Positions 9,150-16,965 of a stretch of 64,000 nt of DNA are shown here, piece after piece. The first letter of the stretch is position 1; each line of letters starts with the position of its first letter. The stretch spans positions 27,853-91,852 of the forward strand of contig JAFXAN010000083.1 in NCBI GenBank assembly GCA_017517035.1, given 5' to 3'. Position numbers and translations under genes: made by a program. The notes under the pieces are model-generated. The model was not told where the DNA came from. It made no database searches and saw nothing but the letters and a program-made list of their open reading frames with translations. The stretch comes from Clostridia bacterium (GTDB lineage Bacteria; Bacillota; Clostridia; Oscillospirales; CAG-272).

Positions 9150-9898
9150 AGCGAAGCACCTCCTGATAAGAAAATAAACAGAAAATATCCCGCTGCAATA
9201 GCAAGTGCTGCCAGAACCGCCTCGATAAGCCTGAGAAGTCCCGAAACACTGTCGCCCACAAACAGATCGCGAAGTGCGTTCGTAAGCCCAACACCCGGCA
9301 CAAGAAGCATTATGTTTCCTATCATAACCTTATCAATGCTTTGTATAAATCCGATCTTCATTGCTGTGAATGATAAAACTGTGGCAATAAATGCACATAT
9401 GAGCTTACCGAATATTTTGTTGATATCAAATTTGTCAATAAATAGAACAACAAATCTCAATACTATACCCAATATGGCAGAGACGAGGGCATCATTAATT
9501 TTACCTCCAAAGAAAAGCGCAAATGCACCTGCAATAAATACATAGGAGATCACTTCAGCCCATAAAGGATATTTTTTTGCTTTTGTTATTTCGGCAAATC
9601 TGAGCTTAATATCATCAAATGTTAGTTTTTTGCCGCAAATATCCCTTGATAGCTGATTTAGCTTGTGCAGCATATCAATATCGGTGCCGGAGTTCTTAAT
9701 GCGCCTGGTCTGAGTAAAAGAGCCTTCCGGTGTGTGTATTGTCACGACCATGCTCGAGGTTATGATAAAAACATCAATATCTGTAGCGCCGAGAGCCAAA
9801 CCCATTCTTTCTATGCTGTCCTCAACACGGTGTATTTCAGCACCGCAGAGAAGCATCTGCTCACCGATATCCATAATAGTATCAAAGTGTTCCTTCAT
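9146..9898 (-). CDS. Threonine/serine-exporter-family membrane protein, large subunit (ThrE/DUF1212-like)
   Basis: The ORF-track entry extends to 10048 through a tRNA. The real start is its Met51 (ATG 9896-9898, GGAGG 8 nt upstream). Signature MLLCGAEIHRVEDSIERM followed by 5 TM segments. Confidence 0.7.
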   Translation of the reverse strand: MKEHFDTIMDIGEQMLLCGAEIHRVEDSIERMGLALGATDIDVFIITSSMVVTIHTPEGSFTQTRRIKNSGTDIDMLHKLNQLSRDICGKKLTFDDIKLRFAEITKAKKYPLWAEVISYVFIAGAFALFFGGKINDALVSAILGIVLRFVVLFIDKFDINKIFGKLICAFIATVLSFTAMKIGFIQSIDKVMIGNIMLLVPGVGLTNALRDLFVGDSVSGLLRLIEAVLAALAIAAGYFLFIFLSGGASL

Positions 9899-9914
9899 TT
9901 TTACCTCCAAAATC

Positions 9915-9950
9915 AACAAAAAAGACAGGCTTCGAAGAAACCTGTCTTTT
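9915..9950 (-). terminator. Intrinsic terminator abutting the 3' CCA of tRNA-Leu(GAG)
   Basis: Minus strand: AAAAAGACAGGTTTC-TTC-GAAGCCTGTCTTTTTT. The stem is about 10 bp with one mismatch and is followed by U6. It lies 16 nt upstream of the RBS of the next gene. Confidence 0.7.
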
Positions 9951-10035
9951 TGGTGCGAGAAACGGGACTTGAACCCGTACGGTGTGAACCACACGCCCCT
10001 CAAACGTGCGCGTCTGCCAGTTCCGCCACTCTCGC
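9951..10035 (-). tRNA. trnL: tRNA-Leu (anticodon GAG), type II, CCA encoded
   Basis: Reverse complement reads GCGAGAG-TG-GCGGAACTGGCAGACGCG-CACGT-TTGAGGG-GCGTG-TGGTTCACACCGTAC-GGGTTCAAGTCCCG-TTTCTCGC-ACCA. The anticodon loop is TT-GAG-GG. Confidence 0.92.
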
Positions 10036-10071
10036 ATGCCGTAAGCAACTGTGTTGCTCACAACGCTGACT

Positions 10072-10100
10072 ATTATACACCATTCTTTTCGATTTGTCAA
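10072..10100 (-). promoter_or_regulatory. Consensus sigma-A promoter for tRNA-Leu(GAG) with UP-like A/T tracts
   Basis: Minus strand: TTGACA (10095-10100), 17 nt, TATAAT (10072-10077). Three phased TTTTTCAAAA tracts at 10105-10137 lie upstream. Confidence 0.75.
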
Positions 10101-10149
10101 GTACTTTTTCAAAATTTTTCAAAAAAATTTTTTCAAAGTGAAAATGGTA

Positions 10150-10329
10150 TTAAATATTGTCGTCTTCGACCTCGACTTCTTCAAAATCTTCCTTTGAAGC
10201 ACCGCAAAGAGGGCATACCCAATCGGAAGGGATTTCCATAAATTCTGTTTCAGGCTCAACACCGTTATCGGGATCACCTGTATTCACATCATACGCATAG
10301 CCGCAAAGCGCACAAACAAACTTTTTCAT
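10150..10329 (-). CDS. Rubredoxin
   Basis: [14 protein letters not shown]...[13 protein letters not shown] carries two CxxCG knuckles. I prefer the start at ATG 10327-10329, with GGAGG 6 nt upstream, over the ORF-track start at 10353. Confidence 0.9.
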   Translation of the reverse strand: MKKFVCALCGYAYDVNTGDPDNGVEPETEFMEIPSDWVCPLCGASKEDFEEVEVEDDNI

Positions 10330-10366
10330 AAAGCCTCCATTAATCTTTTTCATTTTTTACCTATAT

Positions 10367-10395
10367 ATAATAAAATATCTGATGCAATTTGTCAA
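10367..10395 (-). promoter_or_regulatory. Sigma-A-type promoter of the rubredoxin gene
   Basis: Minus strand: TTGACA (10390-10395), 17 nt, TATTAT (10367-10372). Confidence 0.6.
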
Positions 10396-10499
10396 GAGTT
10401 TTATTTTGATTTTTATAAAAACATCGTTTAGCGAAAAAACAACCAAAATCGACAATGCGATTTTGTGCAAATTGCCACCATAATTTGCCTTAAAAACTA

Positions 10500-10528
10500 T
10501 TGACAAGTGAATTTTTGTGTGATATAAT
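10500..10528 (+). promoter_or_regulatory. Consensus sigma-A promoter of the GntR-ABC operon
   Basis: TTGACA (10500-10505), 17 nt, TG-A-TATAAT (10520-10528). Confidence 0.8.
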
Positions 10529-10533
10529 ACAGG

Positions 10534-10554
10534 TGTACTAATACGAATAATACA
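10534..10554 (+). promoter_or_regulatory. Candidate YtrA/GntR operator (imperfect inverted repeat at +1 region)
   Basis: TGTACTAATA-C-GAATAATACA, with 7 of 10 arm positions complementary, immediately downstream of the -10 box. Confidence 0.3.
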
Positions 10555-10568
10555 GTTGAGGAGGATTT

Positions 10569-10946
10569 ATGAGCATCATTGTTGTGGATGTGAAAAGCAG
10601 AATACCGATATATGAGCAAATAATAGCTTCTGTCAAGGATTCTGTTGTAAGCGGACTTATGACGGCTGACGAGCCGCTTCCGTCCGTTCGATCGCTCGCC
10701 GGAGAGCTTGCCATAAACCCGAATACTATTCAAAAGGCATATTCCGAGCTTGAGCGGCAGGGAATAGTATATTCTGTTCCCGGAAGAGGCAGCTTTATAG
10801 CCTCTGATACAGCTTCAATTGAAAGGCAGCATAGAGAAAAGATTCTTTCCGATCTCGCTGCTTTAGTTGATGAAGCATTAAAATCGGGAATCGACATCGG
10901 AGAGATCAAAAGCTTGATTGAAAATAAAAAGGAGGAAAACAACTGA
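10569..10946 (+). CDS. GntR-family (YtrA-subfamily) transcriptional regulator
   Basis: 125 aa. The winged HTH reads PLPSVRSLAGELAINPNTIQKAYSELERQGIVYSVPGRGSFI, and the short C-terminal helical tail is typical of YtrA-type regulators. GAGGAGG RBS. Confidence 0.85.
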   Translation: MSIIVVDVKSRIPIYEQIIASVKDSVVSGLMTADEPLPSVRSLAGELAINPNTIQKAYSELERQGIVYSVPGRGSFIASDTASIERQHREKILSDLAALVDEALKSGIDIGEIKSLIENKKEENN

Positions 10947-11848
10947 TGATCTTAATTGAAAACATTTCAAAAAGCTACGGAGATATAAAATCTCTGACAG
11001 GTATAAATGCCGCGATCGGAAGCGGAAGCATTTACGGTCTTATCGGCTCAAACGGAAGCGGAAAATCAACCCTTCTTCGCATAATGAGCGGAATAATGCG
11101 TCCGGATAGCGGCAAGGTGGGCTATGACGGTAAGCTTGTTTATGAAAACCCGGAGGTAAAGGACACTGTTGTTTATCTTTCGGATGAACAGTATTTTCTA
11201 TCAAATTCAACTCCGGATGAAATGGCAAGACTTTATGGTTCTCTCTATTCAAGCTTTTCCTTTGAAAGATATAACGAGCTATTGAAGCTTTTTGGTCTTG
11301 ACGGAGGCAGAAAAATCTCAACATTTTCAAAGGGTATGAAAAAGCAAACTGCGATACTGCTCGGACTATCTTGCAATCCTAAATATCTGCTTTGCGATGA
11401 GACTTTTGACGGACTTGATCCCGTTATGCGTTTGCTTGTAAAGAGAATACTTGCCGAGGAAGTGGCAACAAAAGGGCTTACACCTGTCATAGCTTCACAT
11501 AATCTTCGTGAGATCGAGGATATTTGCGATCATATAGGACTTCTTCATGAAGGCGGCATTCTGTTTGAAAGCGAAATTGATACGCTTAAATCAGAAATTC
11601 ACACGGTTCAGGGTGTATTTGGTGAGGACAAGAGAGCAGGGGACATCTTTGGCGATTTCCATGTTGTGTCCGAGAACAAGAGAGGAGCACTCATGACGGT
11701 TGTTGTGAGGGGCGAAAGAGATAAGATAGAAGACGCTGCAAAGGCTGCTGAACCGAAATATTTCGAAATCATCCCTCTCACCCTTGAGGAAATTTTTATC
11801 AGCGAAATGGAGGAAAGAGGCTATGACTACTCAAAAGTTGTATTCTGA
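10946..11848 (+). CDS. ABC transporter ATP-binding protein
   Basis: Walker A GSNGSGKST, signature FSKGMKKQ, Walker B LLCDETFDGLD. The start overlaps the gntR stop (TGATG). Confidence 0.9.
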   Translation: MILIENISKSYGDIKSLTGINAAIGSGSIYGLIGSNGSGKSTLLRIMSGIMRPDSGKVGYDGKLVYENPEVKDTVVYLSDEQYFLSNSTPDEMARLYGSLYSSFSFERYNELLKLFGLDGGRKISTFSKGMKKQTAILLGLSCNPKYLLCDETFDGLDPVMRLLVKRILAEEVATKGLTPVIASHNLREIEDICDHIGLLHEGGILFESEIDTLKSEIHTVQGVFGEDKRAGDIFGDFHVVSENKRGALMTVVVRGERDKIEDAAKAAEPKYFEIIPLTLEEIFISEMEERGYDYSKVVF

Positions 11849-13997
11849 AAAGAAGAGCTTGAATATGAACACTAAATATTTTCTCGGAGAGCTTAAGCGT
11901 TCATGGCCGAGAATGGTTCTCTATTTCATTATATTCTGTCTTGTTCTCGTGATTCCGCTTTTGATGGATAATTTGGGAATGGGAACAAGAGGATTTGACG
12001 AAACAAGTGCGGAATATATATTGCGAAGCTCAAAGGGAATCTTGAGTTTCCTCAAAAATTCTGTTGTACTTTGGTCTGCTTTTTCAATGATAGTTGCACT
12101 TTTTGCAGGCGGTTATGTTACAAAAATCCTTAATAACAAAATTAGCGCAGATTTTTATCATAGCATTCCGATGCGCCGTGAGAGCATTTTCTTCACAAGA
12201 TTTTCTGTTGGTCTTATAAGCTATCTTGCAACATTTCTTGCAAATGCTCTTATTGTGCTTGTCCTTTGCGAAACACAAGAGCTGGCTGCAGGATACGGTG
12301 CTCTGATATTCAAGCAGATAGCTGCCAATTTCGGAATCTCATTGCTCGGGTTTTTTATGATCTATTCTGTGACGATTCTTGCGGGAATGCTTTGCGGAAC
12401 AAGTGTTATGAGACTTCTTATGACGCTTTATCTCTGCTTTGTTGCATTCACATACCATTGTGCACTTTTTGGAACACTTGAGCTGTTTTTTGAAACATTT
12501 AATCCTTCGTATTATATTGAAGCGGAGGGCACTACAATATTTATTCTTAAACTCGTACCGTTTGTGAGACTGTTTTCATATGAGCTTATAGATAAGATAA
12601 GTACCGTTGATTATTTCTTCTATGCGCTGGGGTCTCTTGCAATTTTGGCAGGCTCGCTTGCGCTTTATAAGGCAAGAAAGATCGAAAAGGCGGGAACACC
12701 GATCGTATTTGACGGATTTGCGGCATTTTTCCGTTATTCCGTGATAATTCCCGTAACTTGGCTCGGTGGACTCTTCTTCTATGCTTTGGTAGGAGATTTT
12801 ATTTGGTACGTAATAGGTCTTATTCTTGGCGCGTTTCTTTCTTTTCTTCTTCTCAACACAATTCTTTGGAAAAATGCAAGAAAAATGTTCTCCGGTATAA
12901 AGGGCTTTGGTGTATATGCTGCTGTTATGCTTGTATTTTTCCTCTGTATTGGATTTGATGTTTTCGGAGTTGAAAACTATGTTCCAAAGGCCGATAATGT
13001 AAAGAGCGTATATATTTCGCTTCTGAATCAGATCCAAGAAGTTGAATTTGAGGACAGAGATGTTATCAAAGCGGCTGTAGACCTTGATAATTCAAGAAAA
13101 GATCTCAAATCATATCATGGAGAATTCATAACAGGCGCAGGCGATTGGGTTGCCACATCTGCAGATCCTTACGGAAGTGCTATTGAAATTGCTGTTGCCG
13201 GTGAATATCCCACAGATGAAAAAGTATTCAACACAAATGATTACGATCAGCTTACCTATTATGTTGTATATAAAATGAAAAGCGGAATACATGTTGCAAG
13301 ACGAGTGAGAGTTATGCTTGAAAGCGAACAGATGACTGCTTTTGCTAAAGCTGTGGCAAATTCGGATGAGTACGAGGCTATTTGGGCAGCACATCTTGAA
13401 AACTTTAGCCCGAACAGATATCACATCAGATATGATAGAATTACCGAATATAACGCTTTTGAGCGTGAAGTTATTCAAAAATATATGTCTGAGGAGTTAC
13501 TTCTTGCGGTAAAGGATGATTTTGACGGAATCGATTATGAGTATTTCCAGAGACCACAGATCGGAAGAGTGAATTTCTACAGTGATTACAGATTTGACGG
13601 TGCTGAATATATTAGCATGCGTCAGCTTCAGGCGCCGATATTTGTTGATGATATCTTCGCAAGGGCTCATATGAGCGGAAAGACTATTGATGATTATTAT
13701 GATTATCTTGCAAGCAAGGTTGTGAATATTGTCATTTATACAGGCGAAAAGCAGGACTTTTCCACCGAGGACGGAATATCACTTCCAAAAGATACTGGGA
13801 TTTATAAGGAAGTTCTTAAAAATCTTTCAAATATTACCGACACAAGAAATATTTTCACAGAAGCCGAACAGAAATATAAGGTAGGAATTGTGGTCAGATG
13901 CAGTGAAGAAAAATATTCAACAAGTATGACATATATGACAGCCGAATTTTTGAAGGATTCTGTACCCGCCTCAGTTCTCGCTTATATTCAGAAATGA
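11823..13997 (+). CDS. ABC-2-type permease with a large (~330 aa) C-terminal non-membrane domain
   Basis: At least 8 hydrophobic segments in the first ~400 aa, then a hydrophilic region running to the end. I chose the start at ATG 11823 (GGAAAGAGG upstream). ORF-track start 11784 or Met at 11865 are alternatives. Confidence 0.65.
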   Translation: MTTQKLYSEKKSLNMNTKYFLGELKRSWPRMVLYFIIFCLVLVIPLLMDNLGMGTRGFDETSAEYILRSSKGILSFLKNSVVLWSAFSMIVALFAGGYVTKILNNKISADFYHSIPMRRESIFFTRFSVGLISYLATFLANALIVLVLCETQELAAGYGALIFKQIAANFGISLLGFFMIYSVTILAGMLCGTSVMRLLMTLYLCFVAFTYHCALFGTLELFFETFNPSYYIEAEGTTIFILKLVPFVRLFSYELIDKISTVDYFFYALGSLAILAGSLALYKARKIEKAGTPIVFDGFAAFFRYSVIIPVTWLGGLFFYALVGDFIWYVIGLILGAFLSFLLLNTILWKNARKMFSGIKGFGVYAAVMLVFFLCIGFDVFGVENYVPKADNVKSVYISLLNQIQEVEFEDRDVIKAAVDLDNSRKDLKSYHGEFITGAGDWVATSADPYGSAIEIAVAGEYPTDEKVFNTNDYDQLTYYVVYKMKSGIHVARRVRVMLESEQMTAFAKAVANSDEYEAIWAAHLENFSPNRYHIRYDRITEYNAFEREVIQKYMSEELLLAVKDDFDGIDYEYFQRPQIGRVNFYSDYRFDGAEYISMRQLQAPIFVDDIFARAHMSGKTIDDYYDYLASKVVNIVIYTGEKQDFSTEDGISLPKDTGIYKEVLKNLSNITDTRNIFTEAEQKYKVGIVVRCSEEKYSTSMTYMTAEFLKDSVPASVLAYIQK

Positions 13998-14016
13998 GCT
14001 TTAAGGAGGTTGTTTT

Positions 14017-14406
14017 ATGAAGCATAATGCGATTGTTGCGGCATTAATTCTGGTAATATTGCTTGTTTTGGGATTTTTCGGATTTACCGGCTCAATAAAA
14101 AGAGGCGATGTTGTTTTGGTTGATTATCATATTTCCGATAAAAATGTCTTGACCTTTTCTACTACTATCACTACTGCCATGGGCTATACAAGAGGGTATA
14201 GGGATAGTTCCAATGAACCTGATGCGCACTATCTTGATTTTTATTCAACATTTGGCGGCTTCAACAGCAAATTTGGCGCAAAAAATACCTTTACGCTTCA
14301 GCTTGATGATGATACCGAAATATATTTCAGATCAGGTGATGGCGGATATACTTTGATGCTTGTAAAGGACAGGGCAAGCGGTGAATGGTCAAAGCCTTCT
14401 AAATAA
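14017..14406 (+). CDS. Small membrane-anchored hypothetical protein
   Basis: 129 aa with one N-terminal TM (IVAALILVILLVLGFFGF). GGAGG RBS. Last gene of the GntR-ABC operon. Confidence 0.6.
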   Translation: MKHNAIVAALILVILLVLGFFGFTGSIKRGDVVLVDYHISDKNVLTFSTTITTAMGYTRGYRDSSNEPDAHYLDFYSTFGGFNSKFGAKNTFTLQLDDDTEIYFRSGDGGYTLMLVKDRASGEWSKPSK

Positions 14407-14440
14407 ACAAACTGCCGTGCGAAAGCACGGCAGTTTGTTT
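14405..14440. terminator. Bidirectional intrinsic terminator
   Basis: AAACAAACTGCCGTGC-GAAA-GCACGGCAGTTTGTTT, a 16-bp stem. It overlaps both convergent stop codons. Confidence 0.85.
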
Positions 14441-15206
14441 ATTTATTTTGTCTCATTATTTCAAAAGCAATGACTGTTGAAGCGGAGGCAGCTGAAAGCG
14501 CAGCAGGGAAGTCTCTTCCGTAATCAATTGAAATGATCTTGTCTGCGGCATCGAGAACAGGTTTTGAGTTTCCTCTCTTTTCTCCTCCGATAAGTACAAA
14601 CAAAGGTTTTTTAAGCTCTGTTTCGTAAATTGAAACGGAATTTGGCTTGTCAGCGCAATAGACCGAATATCCCTTATTTTTAAACATTTCGATTGCCTTA
14701 AGTGGCTCACAAATATACATAGGGAGCAGCTCCGAAGCACCGGCGGACGCTCTTGAAACTACTCCTGCGGCACTCATCCAGTTTCTTGGCGAAAGGATTA
14801 TTCCGTCAACACCCGATGCATAAAGCGAGCGCAGGGAATAGCCGAAATTGTAAGGATCTTCTATGCCTTCAAGCATGAAATAAACGCCATTCGGAACGAT
14901 ATCACTGTATTGAAGCTCTTTGATTGTCCTTTCGGTACAGATGGCAATAACACCGCCGTGTGTATTTCCGATAGTGTTTTGTTCAATAATATCCTCCGAA
15001 ACGGTTTCAATCTCAAATCCGAGAAGAAGCGACATTTTTTTAAGATAATTAAATTCTCGAAAGTGCTTTTTGATTTTACTCTCATTATACAAAACTTTAA
15101 TGATTTTACGATCATTATTTTCGGAAGAGTTAAGAAGGGCAGAAATAGAGGTCATGCCTTCGAGAATTGTTGAAGAAATAAATTTTTCGGATTCTTTTGT
15201 TACCAT
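14439..15206 (-). CDS. SpoU/TrmH-family RNA 2'-O-methyltransferase (RlmB/TsnR-like architecture)
   Basis: N-terminal L30e-like part plus a SpoU core (GIEDPYNFGYSLRS, LFVLIGGEKRGNS, SIDYG...SAASASTVIAFE). I prefer the start at ATG 15204-15206, which has GGAG 6 nt upstream. Confidence 0.75.
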   Translation of the reverse strand: MVTKESEKFISSTILEGMTSISALLNSSENNDRKIIKVLYNESKIKKHFREFNYLKKMSLLLGFEIETVSEDIIEQNTIGNTHGGVIAICTERTIKELQYSDIVPNGVYFMLEGIEDPYNFGYSLRSLYASGVDGIILSPRNWMSAAGVVSRASAGASELLPMYICEPLKAIEMFKNKGYSVYCADKPNSVSIYETELKKPLFVLIGGEKRGNSKPVLDAADKIISIDYGRDFPAALSAASASTVIAFEIMRQNK

Positions 15207-15277
15207 GTGTGTCTCCATTATGATATTTTTGATATTTATAACATATATTGTATCGAAATATTTTTTTGAGGTGCAAT

Positions 15278-15553
15278 ATGAATTTCACAAGAAACGGAGA
15301 AAGATGTAGAAAGCTTGGTGAATATATAGTCGAAAACAATGCAACAGTAAGGAGCACCGCATATTATTTTGGTGTTAGTAAAAGTACAGTGCATAAGGAT
15401 GTTACGGAAAATCTAAGAAGAAGCGATCCGCTCCTTTATGATAAGGTGAAAAAAATTCTTGAAAACAACAAAGAAGTCAGACATTTAAGAGGCGGCGAAG
15501 CCACAAGAAAAAAATATCTAAAAATCAGAAACGGAGAGCAGTACCCATCTTAA
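15278..15553 (+). CDS. spoIIID: Sporulation transcriptional regulator SpoIIID
   Basis: RCRKLGEYIVENNATVRSTAYYFGVSKSTVHKDVTE...VRHLRGGEATRKKY closely matches my recollection of B. subtilis SpoIIID. ATG 15278 with GAGGTG RBS. Confidence 0.9.
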   Translation: MNFTRNGERCRKLGEYIVENNATVRSTAYYFGVSKSTVHKDVTENLRRSDPLLYDKVKKILENNKEVRHLRGGEATRKKYLKIRNGEQYPS

Positions 15554-15562
15554 AACACACAT

Positions 15563-15596
15563 CTCATTATACAAAATGCAAATTTTGTATAATGAG
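15563..15596 (+). terminator. 15-bp perfect hairpin with GCAA tetraloop after spoIIID
   Basis: CTCATTATACAAAAT-GCAA-ATTTTGTATAATGAG. The T-run (CTTTTT) follows only after 7 nt. Confidence 0.5.
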
Positions 15597-15650
15597 GGGA
15601 AGCTTTTTAGCTATAAAACTTAAATTTTTGATTAATTTTCGAAAATAATG

Positions 15651-15679
15651 GTGACAAAACTGATTTTATATGGTAGAAT
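15651..15679 (+). promoter_or_regulatory. Sigma-A-type promoter
   Basis: GTGACA (15651-15656), 17 nt, TGG-TAGAAT (15671-15679). Confidence 0.55.
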
Positions 15680-15711
15680 ATATTTAATCAAATTTTTGGA
15701 GGTAAAAAATA

Positions 15712-16122
15712 ATGCCAATTAAAATGAGAGTTCTTGTAGCTTCTCCCAAGAAAAAAATGATGACGCTTGCCAACAATATCAAAACCGAATTTGATCTTGT
15801 TCCCAACGCTGTCGATAAGATCCCACCTGCATATTCCTGTGATAAGGAGCGCATCGTAATTCTTGCTGTTCCTGCAAAACAGAATGCTGCAACAGAAAAG
15901 TTCTGTAAGGAGCTTAATAAGACTCGCGCTGGAAATGTTGCAATACTTATTGACGGTGCTGCAGACGATGCGGCAGCTCTAAAAAAGACACTCACTGAAG
16001 CCGGCACGAATGTTATTGATGAAGTGTTCTGCACAAAGTGCGGTCTTTTTGGCGGGGTCAAGCCCGAGGAGAATACTGCCCTTATCGAATGGGTCAACAG
16101 AGTTATCAAGGATCTTAAATAA
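15712..16122 (+). CDS. Hypothetical protein (flavodoxin-like fold suspected, no FMN loop recognised)
   Basis: 136 aa, GGAGG RBS. It has an alternating beta-alpha pattern (RVLVAS..., IVILAVPA..., VAILIDG...). I recognise no diagnostic motif. Confidence 0.5.
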   Translation: MPIKMRVLVASPKKKMMTLANNIKTEFDLVPNAVDKIPPAYSCDKERIVILAVPAKQNAATEKFCKELNKTRAGNVAILIDGAADDAAALKKTLTEAGTNVIDEVFCTKCGLFGGVKPEENTALIEWVNRVIKDLK

Positions 16123-16154
16123 TTTTTGGGTCAATTCCCTATTGTTATTTTTTT

Positions 16155-16185
16155 AACAAGTGGCTGCTTTTCGCAGCCACTTGTT
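16155..16185. terminator. Bidirectional intrinsic terminator
   Basis: AACAAGTGGCTGC-TTTTC-GCAGCCACTTGTT, flanked by T/A runs. Confidence 0.8.
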
Positions 16186-16187
16186 TT

Positions 16188-16808
16188 TTATTTCTGGTTG
16201 TATGTCAAAATATTATCTATTTTATATTGTTCGTTATCTGTTGTTATCGTAAGATACCAGGGCTTTGAGGAATCGCTGTCTATATCGCTTCGGAGACTGC
16301 CGTTATTCTTGTTGATCATAAAATCAAGCATATAGACAAGCTGCGCTTCGCCATTGCTTCCCCTTCCCTCGCTGATCTTTTCAATTGTAACATTATAGAT
16401 CCTTTGCATGGTGAATTTTTCGGGCAAAAGATTTTTCTGTCTGTATTCATCGGAAAAATAGCTCTCGTATGCTTCAAAATCACCGTTCTTCATGGTCTCG
16501 ATAAGCTTTGCAAGAAAATCAAGCACAGGATCGACCGAGGAGTATTCTTCGGGATTTACAGATATCGTAAGCGGACCGCTTTTATATGAAATAATATGAT
16601 TCAAGCTCATATATTCCGCATCGTCAAAGATGTTTTCATCATAATTTTCGGGATAAAAATCAAAATCATATACAATTTCTTTCCCGTCGTTGTTGCTTTC
16701 TAAACTTTCAATAATGAATAGAGATGCTGCAAGAACGATAGTCAGAATAATTCCGGTAAGTATAATTATAAGCTTTTTTCTCATAGTTCCTTTGTCCGTT
16801 TTCATCAA
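16188..16808 (-). CDS. Hypothetical membrane-anchored extracytoplasmic protein
   Basis: 206 aa with an N-terminal TM (LIIILTGIILTIVLAASLFII) followed by an acidic soluble domain. No motif recognised. Confidence 0.55.
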   Translation of the reverse strand: MMKTDKGTMRKKLIIILTGIILTIVLAASLFIIESLESNNDGKEIVYDFDFYPENYDENIFDDAEYMSLNHIISYKSGPLTISVNPEEYSSVDPVLDFLAKLIETMKNGDFEAYESYFSDEYRQKNLLPEKFTMQRIYNVTIEKISEGRGSNGEAQLVYMLDFMINKNNGSLRSDIDSDSSKPWYLTITTDNEQYKIDNILTYNQK

Positions 16809-16885
16809 TTTTAATATTATTTTATCATATTAAGCATCATTTTTCAATATCTTCGCACAATTTTTTATAAATTAATAAAATCTTG

Positions 16886-16913
16886 TTGACCTTGACAGAT
16901 TTTGTGGTATAAT
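16886..16913 (+). promoter_or_regulatory. Sigma-A-type promoter of the apgM-lepB... operon
   Basis: TTGACC (16886-16891), 16 nt, TGG-TATAAT (16905-16913). Confidence 0.65.
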
Positions 16914-16965
16914 ATTATAATGGATATTGTTTTTAAATTGATATACATATAAGGAGATATAATCT

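Noticed and set aside
7192-10035. The tRNA-Leu genes as boundaries of an integrated genomic island
   Set aside because: No integrase or excisionase gene is present. By eye I found no duplicated tRNA 3' segment (att-like direct repeat). The flanking genes are tightly organised operon-like units.
10105-10137. Short tandem TTTTTCAAAA repeats (possible repeat array)
   Set aside because: There are only three AT-tract units with ~10-13-nt phasing, directly upstream of a -35 box. This fits an UP-element or curved-DNA feature, not a CRISPR or other repeat array.
9665-10241. ORFs 9146..10048 (5' part), 9665..10069, 9732..10241 and 9882..10112
   Set aside because: All overlap tRNA-Leu(GAG), its terminator or its promoter. 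They have no RBS and no recognisable protein features, and are artefacts of reading through a structured RNA locus.
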